A stretch of DNA of 64,000 bases from Octopus bimaculoides. Taxonomy: Eukaryota. The translations under genes and the position numbers were made by a program. This document shows positions 41,718-54,119 of this stretch, one piece after another. The stretch is from positions 6,861,218 to 6,925,217 of the forward strand of contig NC_068999.1 of the NCBI RefSeq assembly GCF_001194135.2. The letters are read 5' to 3'. Position 1 is the first letter of the stretch. Every line of letters begins with the position of its first letter. The notes beneath the pieces are model-generated. The model was not told where the DNA came from and did no database searches. It was given only the letters and a program-made list of their open reading frames with translations.

Positions 41718-42660
41718 TCTTTCATTCCTGAGTAAGCTTTTATTTATTATAATTAATATTAATAGACAAGGTTCGCGTCCAAAAGGGTTGACCCAGATTA
41801 CAATTACACACACACACATATATATATATATTAGAGAGAGAGAGAGAGAGATGGAAGAAGACAAAACGAAGTGGTGCCATTCCAAAGAATATTAGACACG
41901 TAATTACGCAGCGTATATGTGTGTATGTATNNNNNNNNNNNNNNNNNNNNNNNNNNNNNNNNNNNNNNNNNNNNNNNNNNNNNNNNNNNNNNNNNNNNNN
42001 NNNNNNNNNNNNNNNNNNNNNNNNNNNNNNNNNNNNNNNNNNNNNNNNNNNNNNNNNNNNNNNNNNNNNNNNNNNNNNNNNNNNNNNNNNNNNNNNNNNN
42101 NNNNNNNNNNNNNNNNNNNNNNNNNNNNNNNNNNNNNNNNNNNNNNNNNNNNNNNNNNNNNNNNNNNNNNNNNNNNNNNNNNNNNNNNNNNNNNNNNNNN
42201 NNNNNNNNNNNNNNNNNNNNNNNNNNNNNNNNNNNNNNNNNNNNNNNNNNNNNNNNNNNNNNNNNNNNNNNNNNNNNNNNNNNNNNNNNNNNNNNNNNNN
42301 NNNNNNNNNNNNNNNNNNNNNNNNNNNNNNNNNNNNNNNNNNNNNNNNNNNNNNNNNNNNNNNNNNNNNNNNNNNNNNNNNNNNNNNNNNNNNNNNNNNN
42401 NNNNNNNNNNNNNNNNNNNNNNNNNNNNNNNNNNNNNNNNNNNNNNNNNNNNNNNNNNNNNNNNNNNNNNNNNNNNNNNNNNNNNNNNNNNNNNNNNNNN
42501 NNNNNNNNNNNNNNNNNNNNNNNNNNNNNNNNNNNNNNNNNNNNNNNNNNNNNNNNNNNNNNNNNNNNNNNNNNNNNNNNNNNNNNNNNNNNNNNNNNNN
42601 NNNNNNNNNNNNNNNNNNNNNNNNNNNNNNNNNNNNNNNNNNNNNNNNNNNNNNNTATAT

Positions 42661-42817
42661 GTAGTATAGGACAAGCAGTAAGTCGTCATATTAGAACTCA
42701 GAGTTTCAAATACCGGAGCTAAGGCTACTAGGCATTTTCATCGGCTATTTAGACGATCTTAGCTCCGGTATTTGAAACTCTGAGTTCTATTATGACAAGT
42801 TACTGATTGTCCTAAAC

Positions 42818-42820
<3 letters not shown>
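42661..42820. repeat. 160-bp inverted repeat: 63-bp arms (inner 32 bp perfect), 34-nt spacer
   Basis: 42692-42723 is the exact reverse complement of 42758-42789; the outer 31 bp have 6 mismatches; flanked by (TA)n. Confidence 0.92.
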
Positions 42821-42872
<52 letters not shown>

Positions 42873-43562
42873 GTCATGTATAAACACGTCTTATGTATAC
42901 ACTCGCGCGCACATGCATGTTTATATTTGTATAAATAAATTTATGTATTAGTTTTAGGTGAATATACACACACATTTACATATATCAGTGTGTGTGTATA
43001 CACACAAATTTTATGTATATGTATGTAGGTGTAAATATACGTCCACAATAGGTAGATCAGTGAAGGAGAGAATCGAATTCCACGGAGACCCCTAGACAAA
43101 GCGTATATGCGTGCGTGTGTATATATATATATATATGTGTGTGTGAGTGTTTATATAACAAAACACAAACGAGGCATACAGGAAGTGAAATAGATTCCTC
43201 GAGGTCCTTGGTTCCCGCTGAAAATATTTCCAATCCCCTTTTATTGTCGCACCCCCTCCTAACCATTCCGATCTAGACATAAAGGGCTGGTGTGGGGGAC
43301 GCGAACATCACGAATTCACATCCATTACACTTCGTCTGCTCACACCCTTCCCGCTTCTCTCACCCACCACCACCACCACCACCACCACCACCATCATCAA
43401 CATTGCTTAATAGAATCTGAGAGCCTTTATGGCTTCTTTCGGTATACGGCAAAGAAATCAATATTTGAAAGAGCGAAACAACACCTCGTTTCGAAACAGC
43501 TACTTCACGCTGAACCAAAACACACTATTGTGTGTATGTGTGTGTGTGTGAGAGAGATAGGG

Positions 43563-43631
<69 letters not shown>

Positions 43632-44435
43632 NNNNNNNNNNNNNNNNNNNNNNNNNNNNNNNNNNNNNNNNNNNNNNNNNNNNNNNNNNNNNNNNNNNNN
43701 NNNNNNNNNNNNNNNNNNNNNNNNNNNNNNNNNNNNNNNNNNNNNNNNNNNNNNNNNNNNNNNNNNNNNNNNNNNNNNNNNNNNNNNNNNNNNNNNNNNN
43801 NNNNNNNNNNNNNNNNNNNNNNNNNNNNNNNNNNNTATATATATATATATATTTATAAATGCATTACACAGATGCAATGTATATACATAAACACAATCGT
43901 GTTCCGAGCACACTTCGTTAGGGTATTTCGTGTACTGATTGTGATGTGAATCTGCTTCGAAACACTCTCCCCCACCTTCACTCATCAGATTTTCCCCCAC
44001 CTGAAATGGAAGGGTGCCTCGACGCGATCGGTCGCACGATCAGCTAGAAATAGCAGACCAAATCTCCTCCCAAATCACACGTTTAATTAATTAATTAATT
44101 AATTAAACGAAAGCCTACAGTGATGACCATAATCCAGATATATAAAAAAACAAAAAAGGAAAATCCCCTTCCTTCAAGACGAGATGGTCACGGTTGCAAC
44201 GCCTTTTCATCATAGGTCTGCTCGTTCGGAGCTGACCTGGGGTTGAACAACGACTGCAACATCGCCATATCCAACGTTCTGATATAAAATTGGTTTTGAC
44301 AAGCAACGAATATGAACAACAATTGCAGCAGCAGCAGAAAGCGAACCAATGCCAGATCAATAGACAAATCTAGAGAGATCGCTAGATGTTATAGAAACAA
44401 GCAAAGAACATTACGAGTACGTGCATGCATTCGTG

Positions 44436-44480
<45 letters not shown>

Positions 44481-44754
44481 ATTCAACGGTGAGGTTTTCC
44501 CCTGAGTCGTTCAGTTTAGCGACGAAAAGGAAAAACTCAGCTCCAAGAAATAAACACTATTTTCATTGAGTCCTCCTCCACTCTGTATGTAAGTGTATAT
44601 ATATATATATATAAACAATATATGAGTATATGCATATATATGTACATGTATGTACATACCTTCATCTATATGTACATATAGATACATAACTGGGTACATG
44701 ACGTTGCAAAAGAACATGGACAAAATGATAAACAAGGTACAACAAACAAGCAGG

Positions 44755-44793
<39 letters not shown>

Positions 44794-44887
44794 TTAGGGA
44801 CAAAATCCAAAATTACAGGTGAAAACTCAAAATCAATTTATAAAAAATTAAAATGAGTTCATGAACCTTGGTTCTTTTCCCTAAAAC

Positions 44888-44919
<32 letters not shown>

Positions 44920-44964
44920 ATGTATGAGTGCATACATGTAGATATATATGTATATAAAAATGTA

Positions 44965-45011
<47 letters not shown>

Positions 45012-45230
45012 TATAACCACGCTGACAGAGAAAAGAGTGCGAGAACGCGCACGCGCACGAACACAATGCTGTGACAAGAAGATAATTCTAGCAAGTACTT
45101 GGCAGTCTTAGTTATCTTCATTACACTGTGTGTATAATACATACACACACACACAGATATAAATATACACTATTTTCTTTCACTCTTTCGGTATAAATCC
45201 CTAACAGAACAAGCACTACACTACCTTAGC

Positions 45231-45280
<50 letters not shown>

Positions 45281-45404
45281 GATTTTATTCGCCACAGGGG
45301 CAGATATAAAGTGGACATCAAAAGAACAACACAATGATAAACCAGACGCTCTAAAATATCATATACCACACACAGTAACCGTCACTACACACTACGCAAA
45401 ACAC

Positions 45405-45700
45405 ATATCGCCCACTACACAACAAGGGAGCCTTCTGTGTGGACAGCTAGAAATAACAGCCAAATCTCCCTACGTTTCGTCACACAAAAACGAAAAAGAA
45501 TAGGATAGAACGGTCGTGGCTTGAACATCTTAATTAAAAGTACGTTCGATCACAGATAACACTAAACCACAATAACATCGCCTACCACACAAAGGAGCTT
45601 TCTATGTGGTCACTCGGTCGAGATAGCTAGAAACAACAGCTAAATAATCCCCACACCACGTCTCGTCAAACATGAAAAAGACAGGATGGTCGTAGAAAAA
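45405..45700 (-). repeat. Two tandem copies of unclassified interspersed repeat F; others at ~4860-4930, 8640-8830, 13720-13830, 17845-17910, 28940-29030, 34820-35085, 44030-44290, 48690-48750, 63010-63330
   Basis: Shared GATTTGGCTGCTATTTCTAGC..GACCAC.TAGA.GCTCC motif. Confidence 0.6.
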
Positions 45701-46033
45701 TCGCTGGAAGCGGATACAGAAGTGGCATCACCTTCAGGCGACAAAACACTGACAGAATATACTCTACCAACTTTCTCGAAGACAGACGCCGAATTAAATC
45801 ACAGTTTTATTTCATAAAAGCATCGACAGCAGAATTTAATATTTACAATAAACCGTTTTTTCTTTGTCTTTTAAATTTACAAAGGAATACAAAAGAATCA
45901 GCCTTGGTTTTTAGAACAATTTCTACATTCTTTAACTTGTCAAAGAATTACACAGCACGGGCGAGTATTGTGTATACACACACACATTATCATTTAATGT
46001 ATATATATATAAATATATAAATATATATATATA

Positions 46034-46900
46034 NNNNNNNNNNNNNNNNNNNNNNNNNNNNNNNNNNNNNNNNNNNNNNNNNNNNNNNNNNNNNNNNNNN
46101 NNNNNNNNNNNNNNNNNNNNNNNNNNNNNNNNNNNNNNNNNNNNNNNNNNNNNNNNNNNNNNNNNNNNNNNNNNNNNNNNNNNNNNNNNNNNNNNNNNNN
46201 NNNNNNNNNNNNNNNNNNNNNNNNNNNNNNNNNNNNNNNNNNNNNNNNNNNNNNNNNNNNNNNNNNNNNNNNNNNNNNNNNNNNNNNNNNNNNNNNNNNN
46301 NNNNNNNNNNNNNNNNNNNNNNNNNNNNNNNNNNNNNNNNNNNNNNNNNNNNNNNNNNNNNNNNNNNNNNNNNNNNNNNNNNNNNNNNNNNNNNNNNNNN
46401 NNNNNNNNNNNNNNNNNNNNNNNNNNNNNNNNNNNNNNNNNNNNNNNNNNNNNNNNNNNNNNNNNNNNNNNNNNNNNNNNNNNNNNNNNNNNNNNNNNNN
46501 NNNNNNNNNNNNNNNNNNNNNNNNNNNNNNNNNNNNNNNNNNNNNNNNNNNNNNNNNNNNNNNNNNNNNNNNNNNNNNNNNNNNNNNNNNNNNNNNNNNN
46601 NNNNNNNNNNNNNNNNNNNNNNNNNNNNNNNNNNNNNNNNNNNNNNNNNNNNNNNNNNNNNNNNNNNNNNNNNNNNNNNNNNNNNNNNNNNNNNNNNNNN
46701 NNNNNNNNNNNNNNNNNNNNNNNNNNNNNNNNNNNNNNNNNNNNNNNNNNNNNNNNNNNNNNNNNNNNNNNNNNNNNNNNNNNNNNNNNNNNNNNNNNNN
46801 NNNNNNNNNNNNNNNNNNNNNNNNNNNNNNNNNNNNNNNNNNNNNNNNNNNNNNNNNNNNNNNNNNNNNNNNNNNNNNNNNNNNNNNNNNNNNNNNNNNN
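46034..46900. other. Largest assembly gap; other gaps at 2225-2556, 17256-17352, 26187-26196, 30266-30878, 32079-~32535, 41931-42655, 43632-43835, 50216-50517, 52867-53199
   Basis: Runs of N, most abutting (TA)n/(TG)n/(GA)n microsatellites. Confidence 0.99.
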
Positions 46901-46937
<37 letters not shown>

Positions 46938-47058
46938 TCATGCATATATGTATATATCTTATATATATATATATTTATTCATGTGTATGTATATATGTGT
47001 GTGTGTGTGTGTTTATATATATATTTGTGTGTGTATATATATATACACATACATACAT

Positions 47059-47099
<41 letters not shown>

Positions 47100-47201
47100 A
47101 CTTTGCTAATAAAATATGCACTTAATATAATTGTGTATTTTGCCCTTCTATTTCATGTTTGTGTGTGTGTACATATATATGTGTGTGTGTGTGTAAAATG
47201 T

Positions 47202-48490
47202 GTTACTGTCACATTCAAACTCAGTTTGCGACACCTTAGTAATACATATTAAAGCAAACTGATGTTGCTGTATGCACAATATATCGTCCACCAAATACCA
47301 GGAAACATGATGGAAAATTTGAGGATAGCCTCAAACATATCGAAGAGGAATTAAGAAACCTAGATCAGAACATCAACATACTCTTCCTGGGTGATTTCAA
47401 CCTCCCACATGTGAAATGGCCAGAAGGCCACCTCCTCTCTGGGATGTCATTGTATGAACAAAAGCATGTAGAATCATTATTTAAACTTACTAAAAAGCTG
47501 TTCATGGAGCAAGTGATACTCAGGCTAACCATGGGAAACAACATATTGAAACTATGCTTCACAAATAATGTGGACCTTATCCATAGTGTGAAGGTGGCAC
47601 CAACGGCACTCTCAGATTACGACGTTGTTGAACTAACTATGTATAGTCCTGCAGGAACTGTTGGTATCTACCCTATCAGGAGGACTCAAACCTTATCCAA
47701 CCTGAATTTCTACAAGGCAAAATGGGAATCAATCTGCAAAGAAATCCACAAACGAAACTGGTCCAACATTCTGTGTATGTAAGACATTCATCTGAAACCG
47801 AGCCAGTTTATAAACAGTGCAAGCTATATGCACTAAATATGTCCCAGAAAGAAGGGCCAGCACACCACCAAGCAAGATTCCCAGGGACAGAAGAGTCCTC
47901 AAAGATCTCAAAGAAGCTGAATAGGCAACTAAAGGATAGAGAGGAGTCTATCTTAACAGGGACGCCCCTAGAAATTGAAAACAAGATCAGACTCTCTCAC
48001 AGAAGGGAAAGAGCAGAGAGAGGGAGAGAGAAAAAGGCCGTGGAAAGCATAAAAACAAATCCCAAAGCTTTCTATAAATTTGCAAAAGAAACAGCCACAA
48101 TACAATATAAAATAGGACCATTGTTTCAAGGGAATGACTCGCTGACGGCGGACCCAGGAAGGATAAGTGAGCAATTTAAAAGTGTCTTCACTTCCCCCCT
48201 TGGACACATGCAGATAAAAAAAATCCAGCTGGAGGCACCAGCCATCAATTACATCAACATTGAGGAAACAGATGTAACAGCGGCCATACATGAAATGAGC
48301 TCATGTTCCGCCACTGGTCCTGATGGCTTCCCGGCTATTCTCCTAAATTCATGTAAGCACGCTTTAGCGAAACCACTTCAGATACTTTTCCAAAGTTTTC
48401 TTGCAAGTGGTAAACTTCCCAAAAAGCTGAAAGAAGGCATTATATGCCCTGTCCACAAAGATGGAAGCAGAGCAGAGGCCAAAAACGTCG
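47202..48490 (+). mobile_element. CR1-group non-LTR retrotransposon ORF2 fragment (AP endonuclease plus start of RT)
   Basis: TIYRPPNT, ILFLGDFNLPHVKW and GNNILKLCFTNN (APE); SATGPDGFPA and LKEGIICPVHKDGSRAEAKN (RT N-terminus) in ORFs 47411..47782 and 47722..48528. Frameshifted, and truncated before the YRPI and YADD motifs. Confidence 0.88.
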
Positions 48491-49729
48491 GTGAGTTTCC
48501 ATGGCGAGAAATAAACCGCGTTAAATAGATCGAAGCATGCAATATATCGTTGTTTATTATTTAATCCCTAAGATAGCAGTTCTAATCGAAAAGACATTCT
48601 AGCCGTGATCATTCAAAATTTTCAGTATATCTTTCAGACCACACTGGCCAATCTATCCTTCCTATTTTAGGATGGTTGGGTTTGGTTTTGAAGGAAATTT
48701 CAGCTGCTATTTCTTGCTGCAGGATCGACCGTGTAGAAATTTCCTTGTTTACTCAATTCAACCATGACAACCCCATCTGATTATTACTCCCCCCCACCAC
48801 CACCACCAACAACATCTTGGTCACTATATCATTCAAATATGTACTTTCCTTCTTTTACACATGATAGGGTGTAGCTTGAGTCGATATTTCTAGCAAGACG
48901 GGCGACCGCTTATAGGCTTCTTCGCTGGAAACAATAGACGTTATTTTCAGTCTTTCGTCAAGCCCTTTTGGTTCAAAGGGCATTCCAACCACGACCGTCC
49001 AATCTCACCATCCTTTTCCCCACACACACTGCTTCTGTGACAGCCTTTATCCAAGGTTTCCTTTTAACATTTTTAAATGAGAGAAATTTAACTGCTATTT
49101 CTTCTAGTAGCCCACCACCACCACCACCACCGCCATCATATCTCTCTCCTTTGTGTCTTGGGAACCCAAAAAGAATAAGAGAAAAAAAAAAAAAAAAGAA
49201 AAGAACGAAAATACAAAAAGTAGATTTCGTTGGCGTGCCTGATTGAATCCGGTTCTGAAACAAGGATGTTTCTATCATTTATTTATTTATTTATAGAAAA
49301 TATTAATAAAGAAACCCACAAAAAAAAAATATAAAAGAAATAACGGGAGAAAACAATACTACTACTTAAACCGGAACAACTATGGTAAATTGAATGGTGG
49401 AGGCGACTGGCTAAACTTGCCAATCTTCTCATGAAGCCTTCCTCTCTACCGCCTGTAAATTCACATGTATTATAAAAGAGAGATGGCCTGGGATTTTTCT
49501 CTCTTTTCGTTCATTCATTCAGTCACTCATTCATTCATTCAAGAGTTAAAAGCACCAATCTACTCATAATTGTTTTTAGAGGATAAATATCACAAACATA
49601 ATAGACACAAGTTCATTATATAAGCACCACACGGAAGATCATATAAGCACATATCCATGTATTTATGTATACACGTGTGTGTGTGTGTATTTTTTTGTGT
49701 GAATTCTCCCTCCCCCCAACCACACATAG

Positions 49730-49965
49730 ATATATTATATAAATAATATAATATGTATATATTATATATACATAATATAATATATATATTTATTATATAT
49801 ACATAATATATATATATTATATATACATAATATAATATATATATTTACTATATATACATTATATACATAATATAATATATATATATTATATATACATAAT
49901 ATAATATATATATATATTATATATACATACATAATATAACATATATATATATATATATATATACA
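49730..49965. repeat. AT-only minisatellite (TATATACATAATATAA..) array
   Basis: Repeated ~25-30 nt units visible directly. Confidence 0.8.
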
Positions 49966-50673
49966 GAGAGAGAGAGAGAGAGAGATGTATATATGTATTA
50001 ATATTAATTCATATTTATTTCAATATTTGTGCGATTTTCTACATATCTCTCTATATTACCGTATTCTAATATTGCGTAAATATTATTTAGAATACACATG
50101 GATATAAACCAGTCTCTCCTACCACAAGTGAATTGCTCATTCACTGAATTATATATCTTAGCGAGGAAATTGGCTAAATTTCCTTCCACAGACATTTGTA
50201 CTCTTAACGCAAATCNNNNNNNNNNNNNNNNNNNNNNNNNNNNNNNNNNNNNNNNNNNNNNNNNNNNNNNNNNNNNNNNNNNNNNNNNNNNNNNNNNNNN
50301 NNNNNNNNNNNNNNNNNNNNNNNNNNNNNNNNNNNNNNNNNNNNNNNNNNNNNNNNNNNNNNNNNNNNNNNNNNNNNNNNNNNNNNNNNNNNNNNNNNNN
50401 NNNNNNNNNNNNNNNNNNNNNNNNNNNNNNNNNNNNNNNNNNNNNNNNNNNNNNNNNNNNNNNNNNNNNNNNNNNNNNNNNNNNNNNNNNNNNNNNNNNN
50501 NNNNNNNNNNNNNNNNAAAAGATATTGGGAAGCAATTAAAAGGACCAAGTCTCTATCTATCGGACATCGGGTCACGCTCGTTCGTTCGGCATATCGAAAA
50601 CACGTTAAGCGTACAAGTGCCTGTCGAATTTTTCCAGCTACTTCCACCTTAACTAAATGATTTAATGTACAGC

Positions 50674-50708
<35 letters not shown>

Positions 50709-51791
50709 CGTATGTATATCAATGATTCTTTTTATGTTTATATATATATATATATATACACACACATATATGAACGTACGTACATTAATGATTATATACA
50801 TATATATAAATGGCGTAACTACAGGGTTTATGCCATATAAATATATGTGTGTGTGTGTGTGTGTGTGTGAAAAAATATGGCCAGCCAAACATTAACTAAC
50901 GGATCGCTCAAATACCTTAAGCAGATTAACACAATTTCTTTTACAAGGTTGATAGTGACTTCGTCAGACTGACGAAAGCAAATAGACCGAAACTTCGAAG
51001 TCGCTGCCAACCGTTTTCGCGCGCGCGCACGTACGAATGCGTGTGTATTTCCGCGCGCACACAATATGTACTTTTACGTCGAACTGCTAAAATGAAAATT
51101 TACGACCAACAGATATATAAAACACATTTTTAACAGAAACTCAATCACATTACACACACACACAGGTAGACAAACAGACAGACAGACAAATATAGACGGA
51201 CACGCACATGCATGCGAGGATCCACGTTTAACGCATGAATGGTTTTCATTTACTTTAGCGATCGACAATATACTTTTATAAATATCCTCTTCAGTCCACA
51301 AATAGATGGAGAAAAAAAAAAAAATTCTCCTTACAAATGAAACTACAATATTATGAATAAAGCAAAGGCGTTGAAAAGAAGGATTTCATTTTAATTTCAC
51401 GCTTCACTGAATCATTGCCACCTGTCTTTTCACCACGTTTATTCTGAGTATTCCTCGTCTAAAGCTCTTAACAATCTCTTGCAGCAGAATCTCTACGGCC
51501 TTTCGTTTTCCTTGAAGCATCAACAAAATTATCTGAAACCACGTTGTTTATTTATCTCTAGTAACCCGAAGTCAGCTCTGACCTAGCAGACTTCAAGCCA
51601 TGCAACCGTGACGCTCCTCCTCCAAGATGTAACGATGTTTAGGGACATATATATTTAAATGTTGTCCTTTTCTCTTTAAGATGCTAGAATAAAATTTGCG
51701 GGAGTTTAGTTCCTGTGTCTAGCAGGTCTAGGAGTGACTACTTCGAGATTCTATCGTGGGGTTCTTAGGAAACAAATTTTATAATTCATAC

Positions 51792-52180
51792 GTAGGAATA
51801 GCTGTGTGGTAAGTAGCTTGCTTACGAACCACATGGTTCCGGGTACAGTCCCACTGTGTGGCACCTTGGGCAAGTGTCTTCTACTATAGCCTCAGGTCGA
51901 CCAAAGCCTTGTCAGTGGATTTGGTAGACAGAAACTGAAAGAAGCCCGTCGTATATATGTATATATATATATATGTATATGTGTGTGTGTGTTTGTCCCT
52001 CCAACATCGCTTGACAACCGATGCTGGTGTGTTTACGTCCCCCGCAACTTAGCAGTTCAGCAAAAGAGACCGATAGAATAAGTACTAGGCTTACAAAGAA
52101 TAAGTCCTGGGGTCGATTTGCTCGACTAAAGGCGGTGCTCCAGCATGGCCGCAGTCAAATGACTGAAACAAGTAAAAGAG
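51792..52180 (+). mobile_element. tRNA-derived CORE-type SINE (family B), near full length
   Basis: A-box-like TAGCTGTGTGGTAAG, B-box-like GGTACAGTCC, CORE-like CCTTGGGCAAGTGTCTT, internal (TA/TG)n and a conserved tail GGCGGTGCTCCAGCATGGCC. Relationship to the described octopus OR/OK SINEs is unverified. Confidence 0.85.
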
Positions 52181-52789
52181 TATACATACACACACACACA
52201 TCTTTCTCTATTGGCAAGAAATCTTGAAATAAACTGAATAATGACATACATAAGTGCACGCGTGCATATGCGTTATCAGTTCAAGGTTCATTTTCCCATG
52301 CTGACTACAGATATAGTTTGTGCATGTGTATGCGTGTATTTACATATGTACACATCATCAGTGGTTTATGTCCACTTTCCATGTTAGCATGGGTTGGACA
52401 GGTCATTGCTGCTCTCCTAGATGGGTTGAACAACTTCATCACATTCATAAGTTTCATTTTAGGCCTGTTTTTTTTTTTTTCACAGCCGGATACCTTTCCT
52501 AATGCCAACAATTTTGCAAAGTGTACAAGGGACATTTTTATCATGGTATTGGCACTAGAGAGAAGAGGGATGAGAACACATTGGATGGCCAGGGATTTGG
52601 ATAAATGGAGAGAATGACCGACAGATATCGATACCACATGTTCACCTGACATTGTGCACTTTTAGCCTGTGTCTTCTGAAGACACAGGACAACCAAAGGC
52701 TTGTGAGTGGATTTGGTAGATGAATAACTGAAAGAAACCTACTGTATACACACACACACGTATATATATATACATATATATATATATAC

Positions 52790-52824
<35 letters not shown>

Positions 52825-53821
52825 CATATATACACACACACACACACGTATATATATATATATATANNNNNNNNNNNNNNNNNNNNNNNNNNNNNNNNNN
52901 NNNNNNNNNNNNNNNNNNNNNNNNNNNNNNNNNNNNNNNNNNNNNNNNNNNNNNNNNNNNNNNNNNNNNNNNNNNNNNNNNNNNNNNNNNNNNNNNNNNN
53001 NNNNNNNNNNNNNNNNNNNNNNNNNNNNNNNNNNNNNNNNNNNNNNNNNNNNNNNNNNNNNNNNNNNNNNNNNNNNNNNNNNNNNNNNNNNNNNNNNNNN
53101 NNNNNNNNNNNNNNNNNNNNNNNNNNNNNNNNNNNNNNNNNNNNNNNNNNNNNNNNNNNNNNNNNNNNNNNNNNNNNNNNNNNNNNNNNNNNNNNNNNNG
53201 CCCAGTGTGCTAACGATTCTGCCAGCTCACCACGTTATTATATCTACACACACATATCATCATCATCGTCGTCGTTGTTTAATGTCTGCTTTCCATGCTG
53301 GCATGGGTTGGACGGTTTGACTGAGAACTGGCAAGCCAGAAGGCTGTACCAGGCTCCAATCTGATCTGGCAAAGTTTCTACAGCTGGATGCCCTTCCTCA
53401 TGCCAACCACTTCGAGAGTGTAGTGGATGCTTTTTACATGCCACTGGCACGAGGGCCAGTCAGGTGGTACTGACATCAACCACGCTTGAATGGTGCTTTT
53501 TACAGGCCACTGGCATGGGAGCCAGTCAGGCAGCACTGGTAATGACCACGCTTAGATGGTGCCACTGGCACAGCAATATATTTTAATGAATGTATATATG
53601 TATGCATGTTTCTGTCTCTTCAACTGGATATCATATATTAATTGTAACATGATCACCACCACCATACTAATATGTCACCTTTCATCAATGTGATAACTGG
53701 CTTCTGAAAGTGTACTGCTTATGGACCCACTGCCATGGAGTACCTCAACATCCAACATTTAACCATTTTGATACCAACTCACTTGAGACTACCCTTAATT
53801 CTATGATAAAAACTTCCTGTT

Positions 53822-54043
53822 TTAACCCTTTAACATTTAATCCAGCCATACCCGGCCCAAATATTCTACCTGTTTTATGTTTAAACTGGCCAGATCTGGT
53901 TTCTCTCACCTACTCTAGAATGTCATTCTAGAAAATTAATTGCTACCTCATCAAAATCTCACAGCTACAAGACAATGCATAATTAATTCAAAACAATGTG
54001 AATAAATAAGCATTACCTTCGACAGAATAATGTGAAGGGTTAA
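53822..54043. mobile_element. TTAA-flanked MITE (piggyBac-like), intact 222 bp
   Basis: TTAA-CCCTT...AAGGG-TTAA. Related copies at ~24600-24786, ~38720-38930 and ~54545-54690. Confidence 0.75.
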
Positions 54044-54119
54044 AGTGATTTAAATGAAAACATTTCCTCAAATGCCTTATAGAGGCAAAGCTCAATAGAT
54101 GGTTTCAAGTCTAGACTCA

